Numbered from the stretch's first letter, positions 8,397-18,079 are shown. The stretch is DNA of 46,313 nucleotides from a bacterium (GCA_031441465.1 JANOEP010000058.1:1-46313), one strand, 5' to 3'. Numbers and translations: made by a program. The notes: generated by a model from the sequence alone, not told the origin.

Positions 8397-10076
8397 GTGG
8401 AGATGAAGCCGCAGGTTCCCGGTGTCCGCGTCCTGCTCGCGGCGCTCGTCCTGACGACGACGGTCGCCTTCCTGCGGGTGCTCGGCAACGACTTCGTGAA
8501 CTTCGACGATGTCTTCTACATCACCCGCAACCCGTTGATCACGGCGCTCTCGCCCGCCGACGCGGCGGAGATCTTCGGCCGCTTCTACTTCGGCAACTAC
8601 CAGCCGCTCGCCTTGCTGTCGCTCGCGCTGGATCACCGTCTGGCCGGCCCCGACCCCCGCGTTTTCCACGCCGTCAACCTGCTCCTGCACGTGCTCAACA
8701 CACTGCTGGTGTTCCAACTCGTCCGGCGCCTGTTCGCGCCGGAGCGCGGGCTGTGGCTGCCGGTCGCCACCGCCGCCCTGTTCGGCCTGCACCCCCTGCA
8801 TGTGGAATCGGTGGCCTGGGCCGCGCAGCGCAAGGACGTCCTGTACGCGCTGTTCTACCTGGGTTCGTTGGTCGCCTACGTCGCCCACGCCCGGCGCCCG
8901 CTCGGCGGGGGACGCCGCCTCCTGGCCGTGTCGGTGCTGCTGTTCGCGCTGTCGCTGCTCGCCAAGGCGATGGCTGTGTCCCTGGTCGGTGCGATCGTGG
9001 CCGTGGACCTCTACCTGCAGCGTCTGCCAAGGTTGCGCGGGCCGCGCCGCGACGCCCCGGCCCGGCCGACGCCGGCCGCCTACCTGCTGGAGAAGCTGCC
9101 CTTCCTGGTCCTGGCGCTCGCGGCCGGCGTGACGGCGGTGGTCGCCCAGCGGTCGGCCGCGTTCCTCGCGCCCGCCGACCTGCACACGCCGCTGCAGCGG
9201 GCGGCGATCGCCGGCTACGGGTTCGCGCATTACGCGGCGAAGCTGGTCCTGCCCCTGCACCTTTCCGCGTACCATCCGTACCCGGAGATGGGTGGCGGCG
9301 TGCCTCTCGGCTTCCTGCCGCACATCGTCTTGGTGGTGGCCGCCGTCGCGGGAACGATTTTCGCCCTGCGGCGGCACCGGGCCGCGGCCTTCGGGATCCT
9401 GTTCTACCTGGTCAACATCCTGCCCGTGCTGCAGTGGCTGCCGGTCGGCGACTTCATCGTGGCCGAGCGGTTCAGCTACCTGGCGTCGATCGGCGTGTTC
9501 CTGCTGATGGCGCTCGGACTGCAGGGTCTCGCCGAGCGCCGGCGCCGGCTGCGGGCGCCGTTGTTGGCGGCCTTCATCGCGTACCTGGTCCTGCTGGGCG
9601 CCCTGACCGACCGGCGCTGCGGCGTCTGGCGCGACAGCGTCACGCTCTGGAACGACGTCCTGGCCAAGTACCCCGACACGCCGCTGGCGCTGAACAACCG
9701 CGGTCTCGCCTGGGCCGAGCGCGGCGACCTCCCGGCCGCGCTCGCGGACCTCGACCGGGCCCTGCAGCTGGACCCGAGTTACGCGGACGCCTTGAGCAAC
9801 CGGGGCGTCGTCAAGGGACAGCAAGGCGACGACGACGGGGCGATCGCGGACTACGACGCGGCCCTGCGGCTCTCGCCGGCGTTCGCCGCGGCGCGCACGG
9901 GCCGCGCGGGCGCGCTGTTCCGGCGGGGCGTGGCGCGGTTCCAAGCGGCGGAGTATGCTGGGGCGGTGGCGGATTTCGAGAGGCTCGCGGCCGTCGACCC
10001 GACCTACCCCGGCCTGCAGCAGAACTTGCGCGCGTCGCGGCAACGATTGGCGGCAGGGCGCGTAGTCAAAGACTGA
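8397..10076 (+). CDS. GT-C fold membrane glycosyltransferase (TMTC-like) with C-terminal TPR repeats
   Basis: FDD loop motif, YQPL, HPLHVESVAW..RKD, AERFSYL, multiple TMs, TPRs (NNRG, SNRG). Confidence 0.82.
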   Translation: MEMKPQVPGVRVLLAALVLTTTVAFLRVLGNDFVNFDDVFYITRNPLITALSPADAAEIFGRFYFGNYQPLALLSLALDHRLAGPDPRVFHAVNLLLHVLNTLLVFQLVRRLFAPERGLWLPVATAALFGLHPLHVESVAWAAQRKDVLYALFYLGSLVAYVAHARRPLGGGRRLLAVSVLLFALSLLAKAMAVSLVGAIVAVDLYLQRLPRLRGPRRDAPARPTPAAYLLEKLPFLVLALAAGVTAVVAQRSAAFLAPADLHTPLQRAAIAGYGFAHYAAKLVLPLHLSAYHPYPEMGGGVPLGFLPHIVLVVAAVAGTIFALRRHRAAAFGILFYLVNILPVLQWLPVGDFIVAERFSYLASIGVFLLMALGLQGLAERRRRLRAPLLAAFIAYLVLLGALTDRRCGVWRDSVTLWNDVLAKYPDTPLALNNRGLAWAERGDLPAALADLDRALQLDPSYADALSNRGVVKGQQGDDDGAIADYDAALRLSPAFAAARTGRAGALFRRGVARFQAAEYAGAVADFERLAAVDPTYPGLQQNLRASRQRLAAGRVVKD

Positions 10077-10093
10077 ACGACGGGAGCAAGACG

Positions 10094-10354
10094 ATGGACG
10101 AGAAGAAGATCCACACCGAGGAATTCGAGATCAACGGCGACCGGCTCGTGGCCGAGGTCAAGAAACTGGTGCACGCCGGCAACATCCGGCGCATCACGAT
10201 CAAGAACGAAGAGGGCAAGTCGCTGATCGAGATCCCGCTGACCGTCGGCGTGGTCGTCGGGCTATTGGCGCCGGTGCTCGCGGCCGTCGGGGCCGTCGCC
10301 GCGCTGACGACCAAGTGCGTCATCGTGGTGGAGCGGGTCGAAGACACGGCCTGA
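10094..10354 (+). CDS. DUF4342 domain small protein
   Basis: VKKLVH.GNIRRI.IK...[10 protein letters not shown] followed by a hydrophobic helix. Confidence 0.8.
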   Translation: MDEKKIHTEEFEINGDRLVAEVKKLVHAGNIRRITIKNEEGKSLIEIPLTVGVVVGLLAPVLAAVGAVAALTTKCVIVVERVEDTA

Positions 10355-10406
10355 TCCGGGCGGCGCCTCGGCCGCCGCGGGCCCTCGCAAGCGAAAGGTG
10401 GTCGGG

Positions 10407-10886
10407 ATGCCGCAGAACAAGATCGTCATGGTGCAGGACAAGAAGATCGCCCTGGTCGCGCACGACAACAAGAAGCGCGACCTGCTGGAGTGGGCCGAGT
10501 TCAACCGCGACCTGCTCGCGCATCACGAGGTGTACGCCACCGGGACGACCGGACAGGCGCTCGAGAAGTTGCTGGGTTTCCGGATCAAGAAGATGCAGAG
10601 CGGCCCGCTCGGCGGCGACCAGCAGATCGGCGCCAAGATCGCCAGCAACGAGATCGATTTCCTGATCTTCTTCTGGGACCCGCTGGAGCCGCAGCCCCAC
10701 GATTCGGACGTCAAGGCGCTGCTGAGGATGGCCGTGGTCTGGAACATCCCGATCGCCTGCAACCGCGCCTCGGCGGATTTCATGATCTCGTCGCCGTTGA
10801 TGGAGGGCGAGTACAACCGGCTCGTGCCGGATTACGAGAATTACCGCTCCCGCAGGATCGACTGGGGTCAGCGGGACGCATCATGA
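10407..10886 (+). CDS. mgsA: Methylglyoxal synthase
   Basis: [49 protein letters not shown]. Confidence 0.96.
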   Translation: MPQNKIVMVQDKKIALVAHDNKKRDLLEWAEFNRDLLAHHEVYATGTTGQALEKLLGFRIKKMQSGPLGGDQQIGAKIASNEIDFLIFFWDPLEPQPHDSDVKALLRMAVVWNIPIACNRASADFMISSPLMEGEYNRLVPDYENYRSRRIDWGQRDAS

Positions 10887-10915
10887 CCGGTCGGCCATCG
10901 GAAAGAGGCAATACC

Positions 10916-12085
10916 ATGACCCCGTCTTCCCCGCTTCGCGGACTGACGCTCGCCGCGGCGGTCCTGTGCGTCGGCGCGACGGCCCATGCCGGCGGCGGCC
11001 CCGTCCTGCGGGCGGACGCCTACAGCGCCTACGAGGTGGATCTGGGCCGCGTGCGGGACGACTTGTTGCCCTGGTTGCTGTCGGCGGCGCCGGCGCAGGA
11101 TGCGAGCGAGGCGCAGGACGTCGCGGACTTCCTGGCAGTCAGCGGCGTCCGGGCCCTGGACCGGCTGCAGCTGGAGTCGCGATCGTCGCTCGACCGCTCG
11201 TGCGCGAGGCTGGCGCTGGACCTGGACCCGCACGCCGACGGCGGGATCCTGGCCGCTCTCTGCGGCGTGCGCGGCGGCCGCTGCCGCTTCGCGCGCTACG
11301 TCCACGAGGACGAGGTGCTGGCGTTCGCGACCGTGGAGAACCTCCCCGGCAGCCTGGAGGCGCTGCTGCCGTTCCTGTCCCGGCCCGCGACGGGGCCGCA
11401 GGCCGTGTGGCTGAGCTTCGGCGAGGACGGCGAACCGGCGGTCGCCGGCGTTCCGGTCCGCAGCCGACTGCTGCCGCTGCTCGCAGGTGAGATCGACGTG
11501 ATGCAGCTGCGGTCCCCCGGCGACGGCGAGCCGACGCTGGTCCTGGCCATCGCCACCCGGGACGGCCCCGCCCTGCGCGACCTGCTGCTGGACATGGCGG
11601 CCCGACAGGCCGGCGGCGGCGAGGGCGCGCTCCTGCTGGGCCTGATCCGCGGCCTGCCCGCGCAGCGGGTCGGGGAGTTCCAGGTGACGGCCCTGCCGAT
11701 GGGCCCCGCGCTGGCGGTCAGTCGCGACTTCCTGGTGCTGGCCTCGGACCAGGCTGTGCTGCAGGAGATGCTGGCGCGGCCGCGCGGCGACCTGGACGTC
11801 CCGCGGGGGCACGCCTGGCTCCTCATGCGGGGAGAGGCGGTCTCCTCCTGGCGGGACAGCCTGGCTCGGCGGGCCCACCCGCACGCCCACTCCGAGGCGT
11901 CGCTGTCGCAGATGGCCCAGACGTTCGGCGGTCTGGGTTTCGAACGTTTCGAGATGCGCGCCAAAGGCCGACGTCACGGTCTCGACCTGGCGTTCCATGC
12001 CGAGGGTTCGTCCCTGAACGCCGGTTACAGAGCCATGTGCGAGATGCTGACGGCCGCGGCGGCCGATAAGACGGGGACCGAATGA
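10916..12085 (+). CDS. Secreted hypothetical protein
   Basis: Signal peptide ending AHA; AAGAGG RBS; coding bias; alternative start at 10883. Confidence 0.65.
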   Translation: MTPSSPLRGLTLAAAVLCVGATAHAGGGPVLRADAYSAYEVDLGRVRDDLLPWLLSAAPAQDASEAQDVADFLAVSGVRALDRLQLESRSSLDRSCARLALDLDPHADGGILAALCGVRGGRCRFARYVHEDEVLAFATVENLPGSLEALLPFLSRPATGPQAVWLSFGEDGEPAVAGVPVRSRLLPLLAGEIDVMQLRSPGDGEPTLVLAIATRDGPALRDLLLDMAARQAGGGEGALLLGLIRGLPAQRVGEFQVTALPMGPALAVSRDFLVLASDQAVLQEMLARPRGDLDVPRGHAWLLMRGEAVSSWRDSLARRAHPHAHSEASLSQMAQTFGGLGFERFEMRAKGRRHGLDLAFHAEGSSLNAGYRAMCEMLTAAAADKTGTE

Positions 12086-12157
12086 TGGGCGACGGCGGTC
12101 GGCACCGGCTGGAGCCCGACATCCTCGACCTGTACTGGCTGGCGGAAATGCTGGATC

Positions 12158-12415
12158 ATGCACGCTGACGCTGACGACCTCGGCTTCGAGTACCGGGCCC
12201 GCAAGTCCGGCGAGGTCGAAATCCTGCACCGGGGCCGCCGCGCCACGACATTGCGCGGCGAGACGGCCCGGAGATTCCTGGAAGCGGCGGCCGGCGCCAG
12301 CCGTGCTGAATCGCAGCAGGCGATGGCCAGGCTGACCGGAAACTACAAGCGCGGGACCGAGCGCACCGCCGCCGCACATCCGCGCAACCGCCGGAAGAAG
12401 GCGGGGGAGGAGTGA
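12158..12415 (+). CDS. Small hypothetical protein (MARLTGNYKRG.ER motif)
   Basis: Coding-like bias; stop overlaps the next GTG start. Confidence 0.65.
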   Translation: MHADADDLGFEYRARKSGEVEILHRGRRATTLRGETARRFLEAAAGASRAESQQAMARLTGNYKRGTERTAAAHPRNRRKKAGEE

Positions 12416-12657
12416 AGACCGTGAAACCGTCCTCGACGTGTCCCGGCTGCAACGGCCGGCGGGTCTACGCCTCGAAGGAGATCAGCGCCGGCGGCGGCCA
12501 TGCTCCCGACAACCTGCCGGGCCTCGGGCAGAACTGGTGGTCGGGCGCGGCCAAGTTCACCGTCGTGGTCTGCGCCGACTGCGGCCTGTCCCGGTTCTTC
12601 GCCAGCGACGACGCCGTCCGCCGGCTCCCGGACGCCAAGCACTGGCGCAAGCTGTGA
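12412..12657 (+). CDS. Small zinc-ribbon protein
   Basis: CPGC ... CADCG pairs; GGAGG upstream; coupled to the previous gene. Confidence 0.7.
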   Translation: MKTVKPSSTCPGCNGRRVYASKEISAGGGHAPDNLPGLGQNWWSGAAKFTVVVCADCGLSRFFASDDAVRRLPDAKHWRKL

Positions 12658-12703
12658 CCGGAGCGACGCACGGCCGCGGACGGCCGGACACGAGGAGGCC
12701 GTC

Positions 12704-13453
12704 ATGATCCTGCTACCGCTGCTGATCGGTTACTCCCTGGCCCTGAACGCCGGACTCGCGCTCCAGGGGGTCCGGGCTCGCACCACGATCAAGGGCTCGG
12801 CGCCCGCCACGCCGCTCCGCAAGGTGCTGATCGTCGGTGCCACCGGCGGCACCGGCCGCCACCTGCTGGAACAGGCGCTGGCGAGGGACTACGAGGTCAC
12901 CGCGCTGGTCCGCCGGCCCGGGGCGCTCGCGCTCGCCCACCCGCGGCTGCGGGTCGTGCCCGGCGACGTCATGGACCCGGTCGCGGTCGAGGAGGCCGTG
13001 CGCGGCCAGGACGCGGTCCTCTGCGCGCTGGGCCATCGCCGCTTCTACCCGCCGTCGCGCGTCCTCTCCGACGGCACCCGCCACCTCCTGAGCGCGATGG
13101 AGGGCCACGGCGTGCGCCGCTTCATCTGCACGACGTCCCTGGGACTCGGCGACAGCGCCGGGCGACTGGGCCTCGCCTACACGCTCGTGGTCGTCCCCTT
13201 CGTGCTGCCCTTCTACTTCTGGGACAAGACCCGCCAGGAACGCCTGATCGAGGCCAGCCGCACGGCGTGGGTGATCGTGCGTCCGGGCGGGTTGACGAAC
13301 GCCCCGGGGCGCGGCGCCTGCCGCGCCGGCCGCGACGTCGGCAGCTTCTTCGAGACGATCCGCATCCCGCGCGCGGACGTGGCGGGCTTCATGCTGGACC
13401 AGTTGACCGACGACGCCTGGCTGGGGACGGCCGTCGGGATCGGCCGGTCCTGA
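12704..13453 (+). CDS. NAD(P)-binding oxidoreductase (atypical SDR, biliverdin reductase B-like) with N-terminal hydrophobic segment
   Basis: VGATGGTG Rossmann motif, W.IVRPG.L, I.RADVA; GAGGAGG RBS. Confidence 0.85.
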   Translation: MILLPLLIGYSLALNAGLALQGVRARTTIKGSAPATPLRKVLIVGATGGTGRHLLEQALARDYEVTALVRRPGALALAHPRLRVVPGDVMDPVAVEEAVRGQDAVLCALGHRRFYPPSRVLSDGTRHLLSAMEGHGVRRFICTTSLGLGDSAGRLGLAYTLVVVPFVLPFYFWDKTRQERLIEASRTAWVIVRPGGLTNAPGRGACRAGRDVGSFFETIRIPRADVAGFMLDQLTDDAWLGTAVGIGRS

Positions 13454-13962
13454 ACCCGACGCGGTCAGGTCTCCCCTTCGTGGTCGAACTTGCGGCGCCA
13501 GCCGCAGATCGCACGACGTCGTCGGCCTCGTGATCGAGGCCCGGGTCTCGGGTCCATCCCGACGCCGTCGTCCAGGATCAGCTCCATCTTCACCGGATCG
13601 CCGGCCGTGATCTCGCGGCGGATCTCGTCGACGGGGGCGCCCGGTCAATCGCTGATGATCCCGGACGGCGCGTCCGGAATCCGTACGCGGAGTCCGCTTT
13701 CCGGTAGGGCGAATCCGGCTTCCGAACCCGCGCGCTGCGATTCGCGGTACGCGAACTGCAATCGGTGTTGCGAGCACGGGAGTCGGGGATCGCAGGAGGG
13801 AGCGCTCTTTGGGCGAGGGGTGCGACCGGGCGGTTCCCGGCTCCCTGGAGATCATGCCGCAAGACGGCGCAGGTCGCAGGGTGAGGTGGATGGGATGGGG
13901 CGGGGCGCGAGTTCCCCGCCCCTCGCTCGACTCTCCATCGAAACCCGGTCGGTGGTCCGACA

Positions 13963-13991
13963 TTGCTACTGCGGTCGGCCTTGGCTACTTT
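13963..13991 (+). promoter_or_regulatory. Putative sigma70 promoter of the ABC-F gene (TTGCTA-17-TACTTT), probably leaderless
   Basis: -10 element ends 7 nt before ATG 13999; no Shine-Dalgarno sequence. Confidence 0.5.
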
Positions 13992-13998
13992 CTGCGCC

Positions 13999-15645
13999 AT
14001 GATCGCCCTCAACAACATCAGCAAGAGCTACGGCCGGCAACTCCTGTTCGTGGAGACGTCCTTCCAGCTCAACCCCGGCGAGAAGGTCGGCCTGGTCGGG
14101 CCCAACGGGTCCGGCAAGACGACGCTGTTCCGCCTCATCGTGGGGGAGGAGTTCCCCGACGAGGGCTCGGTGTCGGTGCCCAAGCGCACCACCGTCGGCT
14201 ACTTCCGGCAGGACATCGGCGAGATGGCGGGGCGCTCGGTGCTGGACGAGGCCATCGCCGGCAGCGGCCTGGTCGGCGAGCTGCACCACGAGCTGACCGA
14301 CCTGCAGCACGCCCTGGCCGACCCGTCCCGGCTGGACGAGATGGACCGTATCCTGGCCCGCTACGCCGAGGTCCAGGACGACTACCAGCACCGCGGCGGC
14401 TACGAGCTCGAGGCGCGGGCGCGCGAGGTGCTCCAGGGCCTGGGCTTCGCCGACGACCAGGTCGACGGCGACGCCGGCGCCCTGTCCGGCGGCTGGAAAA
14501 TGCGCGTGGGCATGGCGCGGGTGCTGCTCGGCCGCCCCGACGTCCTGCTGATGGACGAGCCGACGAACCACCTGGACATCGAGTCCATCCTCTGGCTGGA
14601 GAAGTTCCTCAAGGGCTATCCCGGCGCGCTGCTGCTGACCTGCCACGACCGCGACTTCATGAACCGCGTCGTGACGCGCATCGTGGACATCGACAGCGGC
14701 GAGTTCGTCTCCTACACCGGCGACTACGACAACTTCGTGCGCCAGCAGGCGATCGCCGCCGCCAACCAGGAGGCGGCCTACGCCCGCCAGCAGGCCATGC
14801 TGGCCAAGGAGCGACGCTTCGTCGAGCGCTTCGGCACCCACGTCGCGAAGGCGGCGCAGGCGCAGAGCCGGGTCAAGAAGCTGGAGAAGATCGAACTGCT
14901 CGCCCCGCCGCGCCGGCGCCGGGTCGTGGACTTCCAGTTCCGCCAGCCGCCGCGCTCGGGCGAGGACGTCGTCGCGCTCAAGGGCGTCGCGAAGGCCTAC
15001 GGCCCGCGGGTCGTCTACGACGACTTCGACCTCGTGATCCGGCGCGCCGAGCGCTGGTGCGTCATGGGCCGCAACGGCGCCGGCAAGACGACCCTGCTGA
15101 AGCTGGTCGCGGGCACGCTGGCGCCGGACGCAGGCACGGTGCGGCTCGGCGCCTCCCTGAAGGTCGGCTATTTCGCCCAGCAGTCGCTCGAACTGCTGGA
15201 CGCGGACCTCACCGCTTTCGAAACGGTCCAGCAGGCCTTCCCCCTGGCCGGCCAGGGCGTGCTGCGCAGCCTGCTGGGAGCCTTCCAGTTCTGCGGCGAC
15301 GACGTGGACAAGAAGGTCCGCGTGCTCTCCGGCGGCGAGAGGTCGCGGCTGGTGCTGGCCCGCCTGCTCTTCGACCCGCCGAACTTCCTGATCCTCGACG
15401 AACCGACCAACCACCTCGACCTCGAGACCAAGGAGATGCTCGTCGCCGCCCTGCGGGACTTCGAGGGCACGATGCTCTTCGTCAGCCACGACCGCACCTT
15501 CCTGCGCGGTCTGAGCACCAAGGTCCTCGAGCTGCGGCCCGGCGACGGCGAGGGCGAGCCGGCGCTGCCGCCCCTGGTCTACGACGGGTCCTACGCCGAG
15601 TTCGTGGCGAGCACGGGGGGCGAGGCGGCGGGCGTCCACCGGTAG
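13999..15645 (+). CDS. ABC-F family ATP-binding protein
   Basis: Two ABC domains (GPNGSGKT/LSGG/DEPTNHLD twice), inter-domain linker, no TM segments. Confidence 0.93.
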   Translation: MIALNNISKSYGRQLLFVETSFQLNPGEKVGLVGPNGSGKTTLFRLIVGEEFPDEGSVSVPKRTTVGYFRQDIGEMAGRSVLDEAIAGSGLVGELHHELTDLQHALADPSRLDEMDRILARYAEVQDDYQHRGGYELEARAREVLQGLGFADDQVDGDAGALSGGWKMRVGMARVLLGRPDVLLMDEPTNHLDIESILWLEKFLKGYPGALLLTCHDRDFMNRVVTRIVDIDSGEFVSYTGDYDNFVRQQAIAAANQEAAYARQQAMLAKERRFVERFGTHVAKAAQAQSRVKKLEKIELLAPPRRRRVVDFQFRQPPRSGEDVVALKGVAKAYGPRVVYDDFDLVIRRAERWCVMGRNGAGKTTLLKLVAGTLAPDAGTVRLGASLKVGYFAQQSLELLDADLTAFETVQQAFPLAGQGVLRSLLGAFQFCGDDVDKKVRVLSGGERSRLVLARLLFDPPNFLILDEPTNHLDLETKEMLVAALRDFEGTMLFVSHDRTFLRGLSTKVLELRPGDGEGEPALPPLVYDGSYAEFVASTGGEAAGVHR

Positions 15646-15669
15646 GTTGGAAGCGGGCGGGTAATAGCG

Positions 15670-15699
15670 AAGGCCCCCGGCCTCGCGGCCGGGGGCCTT
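15670..15699. terminator. GC-rich hairpin between convergent genes; probably the original tRNA-fMet terminator
   Basis: AAGGCCCCCGGCC-tcgc-GGCCGGGGGCCTT perfect 13-bp stem. Confidence 0.75.
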
Positions 15700-15705
15700 G
15701 TTACT

Positions 15706-15714
15706 TGGTAGCGG
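15706..15714 (-). repeat. Displaced 9-bp tRNA 3' end (CCGCTACCA), candidate outer att site
   Basis: TGGTAGCGG is identical to 23639-23647 and is followed on the minus strand, after 6 nt, by a terminator hairpin. Confidence 0.55.
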
Positions 15715-15732
15715 ATGTTCAGGCGGGAATGC

Positions 15733-17625
15733 CTACTTCACCAGGGCCATCCTGATCGTCCGCGAGTCGCCGCCCGCGCTGAGCCGGCACAGATAGACAC
15801 CTGCCGGAGCGACATGTCCGGCATCGCTGCGACCGTCCCAGGTGATCTCATGACGGCCGGCAGTGACCGCTTCGCCGCTGACCAGCCTCCTGACGACCTT
15901 GCCCGTCACGTCGTAGACGACCAGGTCGACCGTCGCCGGCTCCTGCACCTCGTAGCTGATGGTCGTCGCCGGGTTGAACGGATTCGGCCGGCAGGGGTGG
16001 AGCACGAGCCTCGTCGCGGGAAGATCGGGCGCGGCGGTCGGCGCCGTGAACTCGATGGAGTTGAGGTTGAAGCCCTGGAGCGTCGGCACGAATCGCATCA
16101 CCTGGACGCCGGCGGGAAGGGTCGCCGCGGTGGAGACGGTGGTCCAGGCCTGCCAGTTGCCCGTGGGCGGCACGGTGACGTCGCCGGTCCGGTTCACGCC
16201 GGCGAACTCGAGGTGGAACGTGCCGCCCAGCGACGGCGACGCCACGCGGACGTCGATCGTGTACGTGCCGGCCACCGGCACCTCGACCGTGTACTCGAGC
16301 CACTCCACCTGGTAGATCCAGCCCAGGTTGTAGCCGCCGCCCACGTCGGAACAGTCCTGGATGTCCACGGCCTCCGCGAGGCGGTACCGGGCGCCGTTGT
16401 TGCCCGGGTCCGTGTCGTGGTAGGCGATGCCCTCGCCGCCGAGGTCGAAGTCCTCGGCCTCGATCCTGGCCGGCAGGGCGAACGGAGCGCCGTGGAAGGG
16501 CGCCTGGCCGCAACCGGACCCGACGGTGATCTCGACCGCGTCCTCACCGAAGGCGCTCTGGTCGTCGATCGCGCGGGCGACGATCGTGTAGCAACCGTCG
16601 GCGACGGAGGTCCAGGTGAAGGTGTACGGCGCCGTCGTGTCCTGGCCCAGATAGGTCGAACCGGCGTAGAATTCCACGGTCGCGACACTGCCGTCGGGAT
16701 CGGAGGCGGTCGCGGCGATGGCGATGTCGCCGGCCGGCGGCTCGTCGGCCGGGGTCGGCGAGGTGATGACGACGACCGGCGCCTGGTTCGACGTCTCCTG
16801 GTAGACCCGCACGTAGTCGATCAGGTACTCCTGGGGCAGAGCCGCGGTGACGCAGGCCGGCTCCGTGCAGCCGGTGTAGTAGCCGCCGACCGCCGCGTTC
16901 AGGATGATGTAGAAGTCCTGATCGAAGGGCGCGAGGGGATTGTCGGGAGCGCCGTCGGAGTACCACTGCCAGCTGTACCTCGTGGAGAAGAGCACCCCGT
17001 CGACGTACCAGCGGATCTGCTCGGGCTCCCACTCGACGGCATAGACGTGGTACGCGTCGGCGAAGTTGGCGCCGCCCAAGGAATACGAACTGCTGGTGCT
17101 CGTGTTGGCGGGCCAGGTTCCGCCGTAGTGGAGCGCGCCGCCGACGGTGGTCGTGCCGTTGGCCGACTCCATGATGTCGATCTCGCCGCTCGCGGCCCAG
17201 CCGCCGTAGACGTCGTCCTGCGGCATCATCCAGAAGGCGGGCCACATCCCGCCGCCGGTGGGGATCTTGGCCCTCATCTCCATGCGGCCGTAGAGGAAGG
17301 CGTGCTTGCCCCGCGTGTGGACCTTGCCCGAGGTGAACTGGCGGCCGCCGTAGGCTTGTGCGCGGGCCGTGAGGATCAGGTTGCCGCCGGACACCGCGAC
17401 GTTCTGGGCCCGGTAGTACTGGAGCTCGGCGTTGCCCCACCCGCAGAGGTTGGGACAGCCGTCGCCGATGTCGATGGTCCAGTTGCCCGTGTCGAGGCTC
17501 GTGCCGGCGAACTCGTCGGACCAGACGAGGGAGAAAGCGGCCAGGGCGGGCGTCGCCAGTCCGATCAGTGCGGTGATCGCGACGGCGAAGGCCTGGACAT
17601 GGACGTGGGTTCTCGGAGACATCAT
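15733..17625 (-). CDS. Secreted GH16 beta-glucanase (laminarinase-like) with Ig-like domain, CBM6 and FlgD-Ig C-terminal domain
   Basis: Signal peptide; LVWSDEF, WPAFWM, GEIDIME catalytic motif; NQAP.V.ITSP Ig repeat; IEAEDFD CBM6; PNPFNP...WDG CTD; start set at ATG 17625 after GGGAG. Confidence 0.9.
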   Translation of the reverse strand: MMSPRTHVHVQAFAVAITALIGLATPALAAFSLVWSDEFAGTSLDTGNWTIDIGDGCPNLCGWGNAELQYYRAQNVAVSGGNLILTARAQAYGGRQFTSGKVHTRGKHAFLYGRMEMRAKIPTGGGMWPAFWMMPQDDVYGGWAASGEIDIMESANGTTTVGGALHYGGTWPANTSTSSSYSLGGANFADAYHVYAVEWEPEQIRWYVDGVLFSTRYSWQWYSDGAPDNPLAPFDQDFYIILNAAVGGYYTGCTEPACVTAALPQEYLIDYVRVYQETSNQAPVVVITSPTPADEPPAGDIAIAATASDPDGSVATVEFYAGSTYLGQDTTAPYTFTWTSVADGCYTIVARAIDDQSAFGEDAVEITVGSGCGQAPFHGAPFALPARIEAEDFDLGGEGIAYHDTDPGNNGARYRLAEAVDIQDCSDVGGGYNLGWIYQVEWLEYTVEVPVAGTYTIDVRVASPSLGGTFHLEFAGVNRTGDVTVPPTGNWQAWTTVSTAATLPAGVQVMRFVPTLQGFNLNSIEFTAPTAAPDLPATRLVLHPCRPNPFNPATTISYEVQEPATVDLVVYDVTGKVVRRLVSGEAVTAGRHEITWDGRSDAGHVAPAGVYLCRLSAGGDSRTIRMALVK

Positions 17626-17943
17626 CAGCTTGGACTCCCGGGAGATGCTGCAGATCGGTAGCTTCATCAAAGTATACACTTTGTTCGGAGTCCGCACATA
17701 GTGCAAAGTTCGCCTGCGTTCCCCAATCATCCCATCTGGCAAGAAATCGCACTGTTCGGGACGGCTGACCGCTGTTTCACAACGGATACCTAAGGGCGGA
17801 TCTGGGCATGTTGGGGGCGATCTCGGCGGGACCATGATCGGTACCGGGCGAGATGATCGACGGTGAGCTGCCGCCGGGAGTGGAATGCCGCAGCGAGTTG
17901 AGGGGCAAGAAGAATCCCCGTGCTCTGGTCGCAGAGCAACGGA

Positions 17944-17968
17944 GACTCTTTCAAAGTGGTAGCGGGGG
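17944..17968 (+). repeat. 25-bp direct repeat (inner att site)
   Basis: GACTCTTTCAAAGTGGTAGCGGGGG is identical to 23626-23650. Confidence 0.92.
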
Positions 17969-18079
17969 TCCGTTGCGAAGTCCAACAGAGGGACCGCCCG
18001 CAGGAATTCGAGGTCATTCCGCTGACTTTCGCAGGACGGGGGACGACCATGGTGCTGGCCGGGGCGGGGGGGGGGACCC

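Noticed and set aside
7149..8400. Selenocysteine readthrough or selenium-specific role for the desulfurase operon
   Set aside because: No in-frame TGA at a catalytic position and no sel genes visible
7080..10354. 987-aa (-) and 1008-aa (+) ORFs
   Set aside because: Shadow or alternative frames of the desulfurase and GT-C genes with Arg/Pro/Gly-rich composition; only the last 86 codons of the + ORF (DUF4342) look real
13966..17661. 557-aa (-) and 648-aa (+) long ORFs
   Set aside because: Antisense to the well-supported ABC-F and GH16 genes
17626..17985. 120-aa N-terminal extension of the GH16 ORF
   Set aside because: Spans promoter and att sequence; signal peptide and RBS place the start at 17625
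18061..18075. G-rich run as a phase-variation tract
   Set aside because: Lies just past the abiEii stop in a decayed region; no intact gene or promoter is clearly affected, and homopolymer error is possible
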